Positions 21,043 to 31,646 of a stretch of DNA of 64,000 bases are shown here, piece after piece; the stretch's first letter is position 1, and the number at the start of each line of letters is the position of its first letter. The stretch comes from Carpediemonas membranifera BICM (lineage: Eukaryota > Protista > Fornicata), in NCBI GenBank assembly GCA_019828565.1, contig JAHDYR010000034.1:1-64000 (forward strand), in the 5' to 3' direction. The translations under genes were made by a program, and so were the position numbers. The notes beneath the pieces are model-generated. The model was not told the origin of the DNA, ran no database searches, and was given only the letters and a program-made list of their open reading frames with translations.

Positions 21043-21405
21043 TGATATCGATTCGTTGAATTTCCTTTTTTTCCAGAAAAATGTTATAAAAGCGAAAAAT
21101 GTTAAACGACAGCTGAGGACATCAGTGTGTGTTTTATGTCCATTCGGCTTATATAATCTTCCTTGACCCTTGTCCATCGTGTCCATCTCTTGGGGATTTT
21201 CGTAAATTCACGGTCCAAGTACATCATAAGTTACACCTCTACACTCTCCATCAGCCCGGCCAGCTCCTTCTGCTTCGGGTCTGTCCAATCACATCAGCTG
21301 TGGACACCAAGCATCGCGGCGGCCAGACTTGCCCACGGAAGCCTCAGCGTCTTTTTCGGGGCGTGCTCCGAGTCGGGGCATCGGACAGCTTTCTTTTAAA
21401 AAAAC

Positions 21406-22080
21406 TCACTGCATTTCCAGCAAGGCGTCAACGACCTTGCTAAAGTCCCTGCCTGCGATGATCATATCTGCTGCGTCAAGAGTGCCTTCGTGGTGGCAAT
21501 GGAAAGCCACGCCGAGTCCCGCGGCCTCGAATGCGGCAATGTCATTCTCACTGTCGCCGACGTGGACGACAGCACCGAGGTCCAAGCCCTTCTCCTTGGC
21601 CCACTGCCGCAGGATATGCCCCTTCGACAGCTCGCCCTCGAACCCGACCCGGGTGTCGACGCCGACAATGCGGCCCTCGTCATCGTGCATGAGGATGTTC
21701 GCAAAGCTGTCCATCACCGGGAAGTGCTTCGATAGGACGTTGTTGTTGATGTCGACACCGCCAGACAGCAAGATGATTTCCACACCGGCGTCAGCGAGGC
21801 GTTTCATGCCCTCAACAACGCCATCAAGGAACTTGGGGGTTTCAAGGGCCTTAACGGCCTCGGAATAGTCTCTTCCACGCCAAAGAGCAGCGTCTCTCTC
21901 TGCCCAGACATCGTATTCGATCTCTCCATTGAAATAAGCTTCTCTGTTTTGCCTGGCATTATCTGCTGTGCCAAGCTGCTCGTGGATCTCTATCCAACAA
22001 TATGATGATGTGAGCGTGCCATCTACATCAAAAGAAACGACCTTAAGGGGCTGGTTGAGGCGTCTTTTCGACGAGACCAT
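21406..22080 (-). CDS. HAD-IB hydrolase, phosphoserine-phosphatase-like
   Basis: FDVDGTL, LSGG, K of SKG, GDSEND motifs. Confidence 0.9.
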   Translation of the reverse strand: MVSSKRRLNQPLKVVSFDVDGTLTSSYCWIEIHEQLGTADNARQNREAYFNGEIEYDVWAERDAALWRGRDYSEAVKALETPKFLDGVVEGMKRLADAGVEIILLSGGVDINNNVLSKHFPVMDSFANILMHDDEGRIVGVDTRVGFEGELSKGHILRQWAKEKGLDLGAVVHVGDSENDIAAFEAAGLGVAFHCHHEGTLDAADMIIAGRDFSKVVDALLEMQ

Positions 22081-22350
22081 GAATGGCAATCAATTGATTA
22101 GGCGCAGCTCGTTGCCAGTAAGAGGAACGAAGTGATGCGAGACGAGACAGGAAGCCGTGGTACATAGTCTGGCCAGCCGCTTTCGTCAAAAGACCGTTAA
22201 CGCTTAAAATTGCCGAGCCAGAAGCCCATGTTGTGATATTGGCGGGTGGTATACACAGCCATTGATAACAAACCACCACGAGCCTGCTGGCTGCGACCAT
22301 GGATTGTGCAGTTTATGCTCCCTGCGCTGAGAAGACCACGACGAAGGAGC

Positions 22351-24178
22351 ATGAGTGAGGCGTGGTCACATATCCGAGTTCTCGGACGAGTTAGACCCCT
22401 ATTACAACACGAGCTCGCGACAAATGAGAAGGCGATCGTCAGTGCTCTTGCACAGGACTCGCTGTCTGTGTTCTACAACGAGCAGATGCAGAAATACAAA
22501 TTTCATCGTTGTTTCGGAGAATCCGTTGATCAAGATGACCTTTTTGAGCAATCTGGGGTGAAGGAGATGATTGATATGGCGTTAACGGGCTTTCGAGCGT
22601 CATGCTTTGCATACGGCCAGACGGGCTCAGGTTTGTGCGGTTCCCGCACCTAACACAGGCAAGACATACACGATGTTTGGTGATGAGACGAAGGGCACGG
22701 GCAAGGTGGGGCTGATCCCCCGCTCGCTGCGGTACCTCTTTGACGTGCTGCCCCCCGACGGATCGGTCAGCGTACGCATGTCATTCATCGAGCTGTACAA
22801 CGAGCAGGTGTTTGATCTACTCAACAGCAACCGCACGAACCTCAAGATCCGGTGGACGAAGGACGAGGGCTACTTCGCGGAAAACGCGTTCGTCGTGGCC
22901 TGTGACACCGTCGCCGACGCCATGGAGGTGCTCACGGAGGGCCGCCACAACCGGCAGGTGGGGTCGCATGACCTGAACCGCGACTCGTCCCGGTCCCACG
23001 CCCTGCTGTCCGTGTTCGTCGAGCAGCTCGACCCGACTCACGAATGCGCAGTGTCCACGGGCAGGGTCACGTTCGTAGACCTGGCGGGGTCTGAGAGGCT
23101 GCGGGACACGAACTCCGATGGCGTCACGGTGACCGAGGCACAGTCGATCAACAAGTCGCTCTTCGCCCTCGGTGCTGTCATATCCGCCCTGTCAACAGCC
23201 GCACGGAAGGGCAGGGCGCCCAAGAATGTGCCGTACCGAGACTCGAAGCTGACGAAGCTGCTCATGGACTGTCTCAGCGGCACGGCCATCGGGATGCTGC
23301 TGGCCTGCGTCTCCCCGGCCGAGCGGTTTGCGGAGGAGTCGACACGGACACTGGAGTACGCGCTGCGGGCCCAGAACATCTCGTCGAAGCCCCTGCAGAA
23401 CGTGGACCAGTCCTCGCTCATGGTCCGCGACCTACAGCAGGCCAACGCCCAGCTCAAGGCGCGGGTCCGGGACCTCGAGCTGCAGCTCCTCATGGCCGGT
23501 ATCACCCCAGACTCCGCGGAGTCCAGGGCGTCGAGCGCACGTGGCGTGGGGTCCGCTTACTCCAGCGGGTCGAACCCTCCCTCCCTCAACGCAAGCCTCC
23601 CCGCCAACGCAGAGGGGCCGGCACATAAGCCGCCGTCGCCCAGCGTGTACGGAGGCCGGCGCATGGAGCTGCCGCCGCTGGGGCTGCCCGGGTCAAAGGA
23701 CTCGAGCCTCAGCCCGGTCGAGTTCTTCGGCACCCCCACCAGCCTCGCCAGCAACTCGCCCATGGTCGCAAGCCCTGCGGTGCCCGTGCAGAGAGCCAAG
23801 GGACAGCCTGCCAGCCGGTCCGCTCGGCCCCTCTCGGTGCGGGTGCTCAAGCAGAAGGCCGTCGCCGGGCACGTGCACCCGTTTTCCGCGGGGGCCGGGA
23901 CGTCGCGATATGGGGACAACGCCACCAAGGACGAGCTCATCGGGGCGCTGGACCGCGTGACGGACGAGAACGCCGAGCTGACCCGGGCCGTGCAGGATCT
24001 GCATGTCCAGATGTCCCAGTACGGGTCCCCCAGCCGCGATAGGGACGGCTCTAGTGCCCGTCGGCCAAATGTTGTAACCAACGGGGACCTGGCGGCGTTC
24101 TTCAACCCCGTCAAGTCAACGGAGTCAGGATCCCCGGCCAGGGCCTCGGGCATCCCTAAACCCCGCCCAAAGGGATAG
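22351..24178 (+). CDS. Kinesin motor, KIF12-like; 28-nt intron 22631-22658
   Basis: Splicing GTTTGT...CTAACACAG restores the P-loop GQTGSGKT; SSRSH, DLAGSE, PYRDSKLT; LKIRWTKDEGYF resembles the KIF12 RW motif. Confidence 0.93.
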
Positions 24179-24287
24179 CGAATGTATGTTAAACTCACTT
24201 TTCTGCCACCTGTCTGTTGGTATTCCCGCATCGCTCTGATTGACGGCGTTTGAAAGTATTGTCAGATTTGACCAGCTATTGAAAGCG

Positions 24288-24608
24288 ATGCAGTTCTGCC
24301 CGACCTGCGCGAATCTGCTACTAGTTGAGGAGGCAGGGCAATCTGTTCGGTTCTTCTGCCCTACATGCCCCTTTGTATACAACATTAACCACAATATTAC
24401 CCGCAATGCTTTGTTGCAGAAGAAGAGAGTTGATGATGTCTTCGGTGGCAAGGATGCGTGGAAGAACGCCCAGCAGACAGAGACCAAGTGCCCTAAGTGC
24501 GAGCACAACAAGGCATACTTCATGCAGCTCCAGATCCGCTCGGCCGATGAGCCAATGACGACGTTTCTCCGCTGTGCCGAGTGCGGACACAACTGGCGCG
24601 AGGACTAG
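24288..24608 (+). CDS. RPC11: RNA polymerase III subunit C11
   Basis: [19 protein letters not shown]...[15 protein letters not shown]...W. Confidence 0.95.
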   Translation: MQFCPTCANLLLVEEAGQSVRFFCPTCPFVYNINHNITRNALLQKKRVDDVFGGKDAWKNAQQTETKCPKCEHNKAYFMQLQIRSADEPMTTFLRCAECGHNWRED

Positions 24609-24703
24609 ATGCATTGTCCGGATCCAGTAACTTAACGGCCAAGATAAAGACGGCGCTCCTGTTTATGTATAATCCGATGCGAGAAGTGGATGCCGGGGCA
24701 CCA

Positions 24704-25301
24704 TCATGGTCTGGGCTCGGCTAACTCACGCTGCTTGATGCCGGCGCATGTAGGGCAAAGCCAGTGGTCGTCATTCTCGCCTGGGACCGGGACGCCCCTC
24801 TTCTTGAGGCACTCGGCGTGGAACCACCGGTTGAACGGGCATTTCGTCGACTCGCACTCGTACATCGTCTGACCATCGTCCGGCCCGCCACAGTAGCAGT
24901 AAGGGACGTTCTCATCGTCCTCTGCGGGGGACTGCATCTCAGACATCGACGACCCGAGGGTAGTCGCCAGGCGGTCGATGTAGAAGTCGCACATCTCCTG
25001 CAGGTGTGCGGATATCTCGACCTGTTCGTACTGGATGGCAACGAGCTCCTCGTAGTGTTCGCTGATCTCGGTTGCTAGTTTGGCGGCATTAGCATGCCTT
25101 CCGGTTCCCTTGACCCGATTTATCGTCCTCTGCTTAGCCACTTTTGTGTCGATCTTCGTCATGAGCTCTGCAACCTGCTCATGGAGAGAACCGATCAATT
25201 GAAGCCTTCTGACGATATCTTCGGGCAAATGGTAGGTTTTCAGCTGCGTAAATGGAAATAATCTGACAAGCTATGTTGTAATTGAACTGAACACTGCTCA
25301 T
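24704..25301 (-). CDS. ING-family PHD-finger protein; predicted 28-nt GC-AG intron 25271-25244
   Basis: N-terminal LPEDIVRRLQLI (ING domain); PHD PYCYC...MYECES..C...WFHAEC...WLCPTC; splicing gives MSSVQFNYNI|LKTYHLPEDI. Confidence 0.85.
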
Positions 25302-25643
25302 CTAAGCCCAGAATTTCGTCTTTTCGTTGCTTCGACAAGCCATGCATAAATCAACCGAAAAAGTAAATGGGAAATGTAATTTTTCAAAGTATGATCCTTG
25401 CACCATCACAGCATCCAAATTCGTGCCCTGTGCGCAGTCTGGCGATAGTCAAAACCGGGTTGCTGACTCTGATTGCAACGTTTGAGCATTGCTGAGGAAG
25501 AAATGAATCGCAGGCGCAACTAAAAACAACAGCCAGAATGAAACTTTATCATCTCTCGTCAACGATACATGCCCTTGTCCACGAGCGCAGACTCGACTCT
25601 AGGAGCAGTTTTGGCCTAGTCTTGAACAACAACGAACGAAAGC

Positions 25644-26477
25644 ATGAACAAATTTGGTGAGTTTGGACAGGAAATGGCGTACCTGGGCGGTGAATATATT
25701 GAGAATAACGAGATGAAGCCCACTGAACGCGAGAAGGGCAAGCAATTCCTCAGTGGTACCGCTCATGGCAACGAGTTCTCTCACTTCATCAGCCTTGCTG
25801 CCGAGGAGCCTTATACAGACGATTTTGAGCGCACCAAACGCGATGCGCGCGCAGCTAAGGAAAAGCTCTCTTCCTCCACGGCCTTCAAGCCTTGCAGCCC
25901 CTCGAAGCGCATGACTGGATCCGGCGACGTCACGGGCCTTTTCAGCCGCCCCAGCATCCCCGATGATCCGTATCAGCCGAAGTCTCCGATGTCCGCCAAG
26001 AAGGAGCCCCGCAACTTCTCCTGCTCCCCTCCGCGTCGCGGCCAGGGCGGGGTCCCCGGCACCCTCCTCTCGCCCTATCCGAAGCACAGACCCGACGTGT
26101 ACGAGAGTGAGAAGCTCGCCGCCAAGGCTGACGAGCGCAAGGCTCGCGAGAAGCGCAACGGCCCGATCCGCGTGGGCAAGCCTCCGTCCACGATCTCGCC
26201 GCCCATCTTCAACCCCGAGCCGATCACACGCCCCAAGCAGTACCAGCCCGACACGAAGATTACCAAGCCCTTCAGACCGGGCTCCCCCAGCCGCCGCGGG
26301 ATCGAGGGGACGTTCAGCTCCTACCCCGAGCACATCCCCGACCCCTACGACGAGCGTATGCGCAAGGCAAAGTCCATGGAACGCGGCGCTACCACAGACG
26401 GCATGAAGCCCGCGCCCTTCCGGAGCTCGTTCGCCCGTCGCTCCTCCCCTGTCCGCTCCATTCACTTCAGGAAGTGA
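25644..26477 (+). CDS. CFAP96/C4orf47 (DUF4586)-like cilia/centrosome protein
   Basis: KFGEFGQEMAYL, KGKQFL, AFKP...GSG, RNF..PPRRG.G resemble the remembered C4orf47 layout. Confidence 0.65.
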   Translation: MNKFGEFGQEMAYLGGEYIENNEMKPTEREKGKQFLSGTAHGNEFSHFISLAAEEPYTDDFERTKRDARAAKEKLSSSTAFKPCSPSKRMTGSGDVTGLFSRPSIPDDPYQPKSPMSAKKEPRNFSCSPPRRGQGGVPGTLLSPYPKHRPDVYESEKLAAKADERKAREKRNGPIRVGKPPSTISPPIFNPEPITRPKQYQPDTKITKPFRPGSPSRRGIEGTFSSYPEHIPDPYDERMRKAKSMERGATTDGMKPAPFRSSFARRSSPVRSIHFRK

Positions 26478-26876
26478 TCGTGTAAACAATGTCTCTCATG
26501 CTACCGAGGACGTCTGATTCCCGCTGTAAGCAATCAGTGAGGTTTATTCATCGATTGTGGCAAAGATCTTCACGCAGACAACGTTCTGTCGAGACTTTGC
26601 CCAACTCATTCCGGTGGGGCTGGAGGCTGTATCAAACCATCTTCCTCTAGCTCATCTTTGAATAGCAATGGCGGTGTTACCAATAGTTCGGCATAAAGAT
26701 TGTCCTCAGCGGCCCATACGCTTTCATCCGACATTATTGCGCAGTTTAAAGAAAAACTGCACCGCGGATCGGTGTGTAGAGATCAGGCCTCCAACCCCCG
26801 CCACACGCTGTTTCCCCGCTCGCTGCCATGGTGCCACTCCGAGCAGGTTTAGCCCAACTGTCTAAAACGAAAAGCA

Positions 26877-27296
26877 ATGCCCGTTGAAGTAGAAGTGAAG
26901 AAAGCGTCGGAAGAACCCGTCGAATCAACCGAAGAAACATCGATCGATGCCATGCTAGCCTATCTGAACAGCTGTGTCGGCCGAGGAGAATCAAACTGTG
27001 TCATTTCCGGGCAAGAGAAGATAATTGAGACGCTTAGCGGCCTGCTTTCCAAGATGGAGGCTTTCGAAGTTGATCAGGCATCCTCGCTGACTGAGCTTCA
27101 GCCAGTGTTGAAGCAGCACACCGAGGGGCTCAGGCGGATGAAGTCAGACATGCTGTCAGTCGGCAACATGATCCAGAAGATGAAGGACGCACTGAAGAGA
27201 GAGTTTGAGCTGGACTTCTCCGAGCCTTCGACTGAGCCGCTCGAGCTTCTCCAGACGCGCAAGTCCCGGGGGACACCGGTTGAGTCCGAGAAATGA
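26877..27296 (+). CDS. KxDL-motif protein (KXD1/BORCS4-like)
   Basis: LKQHTEGLRRMKSDMLSVGNMIQKMK matches the KXD1 pattern HTxxLxxMKxDLxxI. Confidence 0.6.
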   Translation: MPVEVEVKKASEEPVESTEETSIDAMLAYLNSCVGRGESNCVISGQEKIIETLSGLLSKMEAFEVDQASSLTELQPVLKQHTEGLRRMKSDMLSVGNMIQKMKDALKREFELDFSEPSTEPLELLQTRKSRGTPVESEK

Positions 27297-27416
27297 GCGT
27301 ATAGATGTGAAACACCACATGATTGCATAGTAAACGCTAGTTCACCCAGACTGAACGCATATTGGCGCGTTTCTGTCCATTGCAAGAAAAAATGCTCACA
27401 ACGAAACTACAACGAG

Positions 27417-30400
27417 ATGGACAGAACTCAGCGCCCAAAGAGCCCATACTCAACGGCTAGGAGCCAAGGAGTGCGCTCGACACCGAGAACTCCGTTGCGT
27501 ACCGCAATTTATGATTCGAAGCAAGCCAACGCCGTCGGATGGAGCAAGCTTGAGGTTGGACGGGTCACTCCTCAGCGCCGTTATGGCCACACACTCTCTG
27601 TTGTCGATGGTGTCGTATACCTCTTCGGTGGTTACGGCGGCCAGTACTTCGGCGACATGTACGTCTACGATCAGCGCAAGTCGTCTTGGTACCGCGTCGA
27701 CGCGGAGAACGGCCCCCTCGCTCGCCGAGGCCACGCCGCCACCGTCTTCAATCAGTTCATCCTGATCCACGGCGGTGACCTGGGCACCGAGTGCGGTGAG
27801 GACATGTGGGTGTTCAACACGGCTGAGGAGACGTGGGGCGTGCTGGAGGTGTCGGGCGACATCCCTCCGCCCCGCTACAACCACGCCATGTGCCTCTTCG
27901 GAGAGAACAAGATCGTCATGTTCGGCGGTGCGGACCGCTACCCGACGTTCTCTGACGACGAGCTCGCGGCCCTGCCCGCCGACAGGAAGAGCAAGAGCAA
28001 GCTGTATAATGATCTCTACGTCCTCGACACCGACACTATGGCTTGGACCCGCATCGTCACGCCTGCCGACGCGACGCCGTCCTGCCGCTACGGCCACTCC
28101 CTCACTGTTGTCAACAACGAGATCTACCTCTTCGGCGGGTTCAGCGGGGCCGATCGCCTAAACGACCTGTGGCGCCTGGACCTGCTGAGCATGAGCTGGA
28201 CCCAGATCCGCACCCGCCTCACCCCGCCCCCGACCACGGAGCACTCTGCCGTGCCCATGGGCGACGCCAGCCTCGTCGTCTTCGGCGGGAACACAGCGAA
28301 GGGCGCCACAGCAGATGTATGGGAGTTTAACGCCATGGCCAACCGCTGGGGCCCCTGGAAGCTCAACGAGCGCATGCCTTCCCGGGCCTCGGGCGTCCTC
28401 ACCCCCCACCCGCGTCACGCCCACGCGGTCGTGCCCCTGCCCAGCAACCGCATGCTGATGTTCGGCGGCACCGCGTCCCGGAGCTCGTTCTCGGACGTCT
28501 GGATCCTGAACGCCGGCAGCGGAGTCAACACTCTTATCCAGGACTTCCGCCGGGCCCACACGCCGCCCCCGGCCCGCCCCCTGAAGAGCCCCCGCAGCCT
28601 CCGCCTCCAGGGGAGCCCGACCGACGACGATGTCAAGCACGAAGTCCAGGCCCTCGAGCTGAGCGGCGTCGAAGAGCTCGCCAAGGTCCTCAGCGGGCAC
28701 GTCGAGGAGGGCCTCCAGGAGGTCAAGAAGATCGCCACCGACGCCCGGACATCCCTCGAGTCGCGCTTCGGGGAGATGGAGGCGACGTACCGCGACTTCA
28801 GCGACCAGGCCGCCGCGGCGAAGGAGGCGGAGGCGGCCCACCGCGAGGAGACGGCCGCCATGGTCCAGGGCGTGTCCGACGCCGTCACAGAGGCCAAGAA
28901 AGACGCCGCAGACAAGCTCGACGAGCACTCCGCCGAGCAACGTGCCATGCTCGCCGACGCCAACACTGCCATCGCCGCGACCCGGGAGCGCGTTGTTGCG
29001 ATAGACGCGCTCGTCGACGGGCTCAACACCCGGGCGGACGCTTTCGACGACAAGCTGGCCGAGGTGACCGACCGTACCGGGGCCATCGAGTCCGTCGTCG
29101 AGGCGGCCGAGGCCAAGTCAACTGAGCGCATGGACGCCATCGAGAGCGGTGTCAATTCGCTCTCGTCGGACCTCAACGAGATGCGCACGGACGCCTCGGC
29201 AGAAGTCAGCGCCGTCCGCGACACCATCACGGCCATTGGCGAGCGCGATGAGAAGCTCGAGGCCGACCTCAAGGGCGTGACAGCCGCCGTGGACGAGCTC
29301 AAGGCGACCCTCGCCGCACAGGGCGAGCGGGCCGACACACTGGCGGCCGAGGCCACCGGTGCCGTCGCCAAGCTGCAAGAGGCCCTGAGCGCCAACGACG
29401 AGAAGGATGACCAGCTGGAGGCGGCGCTTGCGGCAAAGGTTGACTGTACGGCCCTGGAGGTGGTCGAAGACCGCCTTGCGGAGCTTGCCCTCACCACCGA
29501 GACCCGCGCCGAGGCGACGGACGCCGCAGCCACCACGCTGTCGTCTCGCGTCGACGAGATTGACCAGCGTGTCGCTGCGTTGGAATCCGCGGAGCCTGCA
29601 TCCGCCAAGAGCGAGGAGGACACCAGCGCGGCCCTTGCCGACGTGGCCAGCAGGCTGGAGTTCGTCGAGACGCGCATGGACGAAGTGCCGACGGCCGAGA
29701 CTGTGGTGATGCTGCAGACGGAGATCCGCACGGTCAGAGCCGAGGTCGACCAGTGGCGGGACTCGTCAGACAAGGAGGAGGAGGCCATGCCCGTCATCGA
29801 GGTCAACCCCGCCGTCGAGGCCGCCATCAAAGCCGCAGTCGCCGCCGCGGTGTCGGGCCTCACAGCCGAGCTCAAGAAGCGCGACGCAGTGATCGAGCAG
29901 CTGCAGGAGACGTCTCGGGTCGGGCAGTCCGCGCAGCTCAACCAGACGTCCGTGCTGGCCGACCGGGTGGGGGCCCTGGAGGAGTGGCGGAAGGAGGGCC
30001 TCAAGGAGCGTCTGGACGGCGTCGACAAGGCCGTGCTTGACATCATGGAGAAGGTCAAGACGATCCACGAGAAGCTCGAGGGCCACGACTGGCGGATGCG
30101 GGCGATCAACCGCAGCATCAACGACATCACCTCGCCCATGAACCAGCACCACAGCCCCGTCGCCCCCGTAACTCCCCAGCTGCCTGCCGTGGTCGCCGCG
30201 CCAGAGGCCGAAGAGCCTGCCGGGGAGCCTGCCGTCGAAGAGGCCAAGCCCGAGGAGCCTGCCGAGGAGCCTGCCGAGGAGCCTGCCGTCGAAGAGGCCA
30301 AGCCCGAGGAGCCTGCCGAGGAGCCTGCCGTCGAAGAGGCCAAGCCCGAGGAGCCTGCCGAGGAGCCTGCCGTCGAAGAGGCCAAGCCCGAGGAGCCTGC

Positions 30401-30704
30401 CGAGGAGCCTGCCGAGGAGCCTGCCGTCGAAGAGGCCAAGCCCGAGGAGCCTGCCGAGGAGCCTGCCGTCGAAGAGGCCAAGCCCGAGGAGATCGCTCTT
30501 GAGGAGTTTGTTGACGTCAAATCCGAGGATCCAGCCGAGGAGAAGGTTGCTGATACGGAAGCACACACTGTTGATGTGGACGACACCGCGTCCACGCCCG
30601 GCACTGGAAGCGGATCCCAGACCCCGACGTCACCAGGCAACACTGGAAAGAAGAAGAACAAGAACAGAAACAAGAAGAAGAAGAACAAGGGAAAGAAGAA
30701 GTAA
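27417..30704 (+). CDS. Kelch-repeat beta-propeller + long coiled coil + acidic tandem repeat + basic tail
   Basis: Six R..H...(F/H)GG Kelch repeats, heptad region, EPAVEEAKPE repeats, KKKNKNRNKKKK terminus. Confidence 0.92.
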   Translation: MDRTQRPKSPYSTARSQGVRSTPRTPLRTAIYDSKQANAVGWSKLEVGRVTPQRRYGHTLSVVDGVVYLFGGYGGQYFGDMYVYDQRKSSWYRVDAENGPLARRGHAATVFNQFILIHGGDLGTECGEDMWVFNTAEETWGVLEVSGDIPPPRYNHAMCLFGENKIVMFGGADRYPTFSDDELAALPADRKSKSKLYNDLYVLDTDTMAWTRIVTPADATPSCRYGHSLTVVNNEIYLFGGFSGADRLNDLWRLDLLSMSWTQIRTRLTPPPTTEHSAVPMGDASLVVFGGNTAKGATADVWEFNAMANRWGPWKLNERMPSRASGVLTPHPRHAHAVVPLPSNRMLMFGGTASRSSFSDVWILNAGSGVNTLIQDFRRAHTPPPARPLKSPRSLRLQGSPTDDDVKHEVQALELSGVEELAKVLSGHVEEGLQEVKKIATDARTSLESRFGEMEATYRDFSDQAAAAKEAEAAHREETAAMVQGVSDAVTEAKKDAADKLDEHSAEQRAMLADANTAIAATRERVVAIDALVDGLNTRADAFDDKLAEVTDRTGAIESVVEAAEAKSTERMDAIESGVNSLSSDLNEMRTDASAEVSAVRDTITAIGERDEKLEADLKGVTAAVDELKATLAAQGERADTLAAEATGAVAKLQEALSANDEKDDQLEAALAAKVDCTALEVVEDRLAELALTTETRAEATDAAATTLSSRVDEIDQRVAALESAEPASAKSEEDTSAALADVASRLEFVETRMDEVPTAETVVMLQTEIRTVRAEVDQWRDSSDKEEEAMPVIEVNPAVEAAIKAAVAAAVSGLTAELKKRDAVIEQLQETSRVGQSAQLNQTSVLADRVGALEEWRKEGLKERLDGVDKAVLDIMEKVKTIHEKLEGHDWRMRAINRSINDITSPMNQHHSPVAPVTPQLPAVVAAPEAEEPAGEPAVEEAKPEEPAEEPAEEPAVEEAKPEEPAEEPAVEEAKPEEPAEEPAVEEAKPEEPAEEPAEEPAVEEAKPEEPAEEPAVEEAKPEEIALEEFVDVKSEDPAEEKVADTEAHTVDVDDTASTPGTGSGSQTPTSPGNTGKKKNKNRNKKKKNKGKKK
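30210..30491 (+). repeat. Coding minisatellite: 6x EPAVEEAKPE interleaved with 1-2x EPAE
   Basis: Exact repeats of GAGCCTGCCGTCGAAGAGGCCAAGCCCGAG and GAGCCTGCCGAG. Confidence 0.95.
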
Positions 30705-31019
30705 GAGTGTCAAGAAGTAAAATGCATTGGTTTACTGCAACGCTGAGCAGTTGTTACGACGAACGACGAATGTAGGCAGTGAGGGCGATGGATCTTGAAT
30801 CCGCTGCAGACTTGTGGGATATATGTTCATAAATACAGTGTAATAAGTACACTCTAGCACCTATGTTTCATCTGCTGCATTCCTAACAAAGAATAGAAGC
30901 GTTTCTCTTTCAAATTTTCAAAGCCATAAAATGAGCTCGATTTTGACCAAGTTATGCAAAATAGTATTGGTAAAAAATGGCGACGATTGGAAGACATCCG
31001 CTTCTCTAGAGTATAAGAA

Positions 31020-31436
31020 ATGGCTCGTACCAAGCAAACCGCCCGTAAGCAGCAGCCCGGTGGCAAGGCCCCCCGCAAGCAGCTCGCCGCTAAGGCCGCT
31101 CGTAAGACCGCCGCCGCCACCGGTGGCATGAAGAAGGTTCACCGCTTCAAGCCCGGCACTGTCGCTATCCGTGACATCAAGAAGTACCAGAAGAGCACTG
31201 AGCTCCTCATCCGCAAGCTCCCCTTCCAGCGCCTCGTCCGTGAGATCTCCCAGGACTTCCAGCTCGATCTCCGCTTCCAGTCCGCCGCTGTGAACGCCCT
31301 CCAGGAGGCTGCTGAGGCCTACCTCGTTGGCCTCTTCGAGGACACCAACCTCTGCGCCATCCACGCCCAGCGTGTGACCATCATGGAGCGCGACATGATC
31401 CTCGCCCGCCGCATCCGTGGTGAGGCCCGCGCTTAA
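31020..31436 (+). CDS. H3: Histone H3 (divergent)
   Basis: [10 protein letters not shown]...[19 protein letters not shown]...[12 protein letters not shown]. Confidence 0.98.
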   Translation: MARTKQTARKQQPGGKAPRKQLAAKAARKTAAATGGMKKVHRFKPGTVAIRDIKKYQKSTELLIRKLPFQRLVREISQDFQLDLRFQSAAVNALQEAAEAYLVGLFEDTNLCAIHAQRVTIMERDMILARRIRGEARA

Positions 31437-31458
31437 GCGACCAACATTTATCAAAAAC

Positions 31459-31474
31459 GGTGTCATCTGACACC
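31459..31474 (+). promoter_or_regulatory. Histone mRNA 3' stem-loop-like element
   Basis: CAAAAAC-GGTGTC-ATCT-GACACC-AACA: 6-bp stem, 4-nt loop, A-rich 5' flank, 22 nt after the H3 stop. Confidence 0.7.
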
Positions 31475-31646
31475 AACAGTTAACAACATCAACCTTGAAG
31501 ACATGAGCAGAGAAAATAGCTGGGACAGCGCAGAAATCCTTCTCCTTCCACCAGCCTTGGAACAGTTACCGATCAACTCGAATGGCGCAGATAAATGCAA
31601 GTTCGTTGCTGCCCTTTATTATTATTCGCTCGCTATCTACAATCCT

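Noticed and set aside
14412-22080. Bacterial contamination or chimeric contig
   Set aside because: No operon layout; host-type TAAA signals and codon style; contiguous with intron-bearing genes on both sides. Reads would still be needed to exclude it fully.
30210-30491. CRISPR-like periodicity
   Set aside because: No unique spacers, in-frame coding repeat, no cas genes; the CAGAC cluster at 58755-58944 is likewise too short and irregular.
28415-30688. 757-aa antisense ORF and other long shadow ORFs (38993-40384, 42457-43961, 53830-55221, 32092-33009)
   Set aside because: Expected opposite GC3-biased genes; the translations are low-complexity with no motifs.
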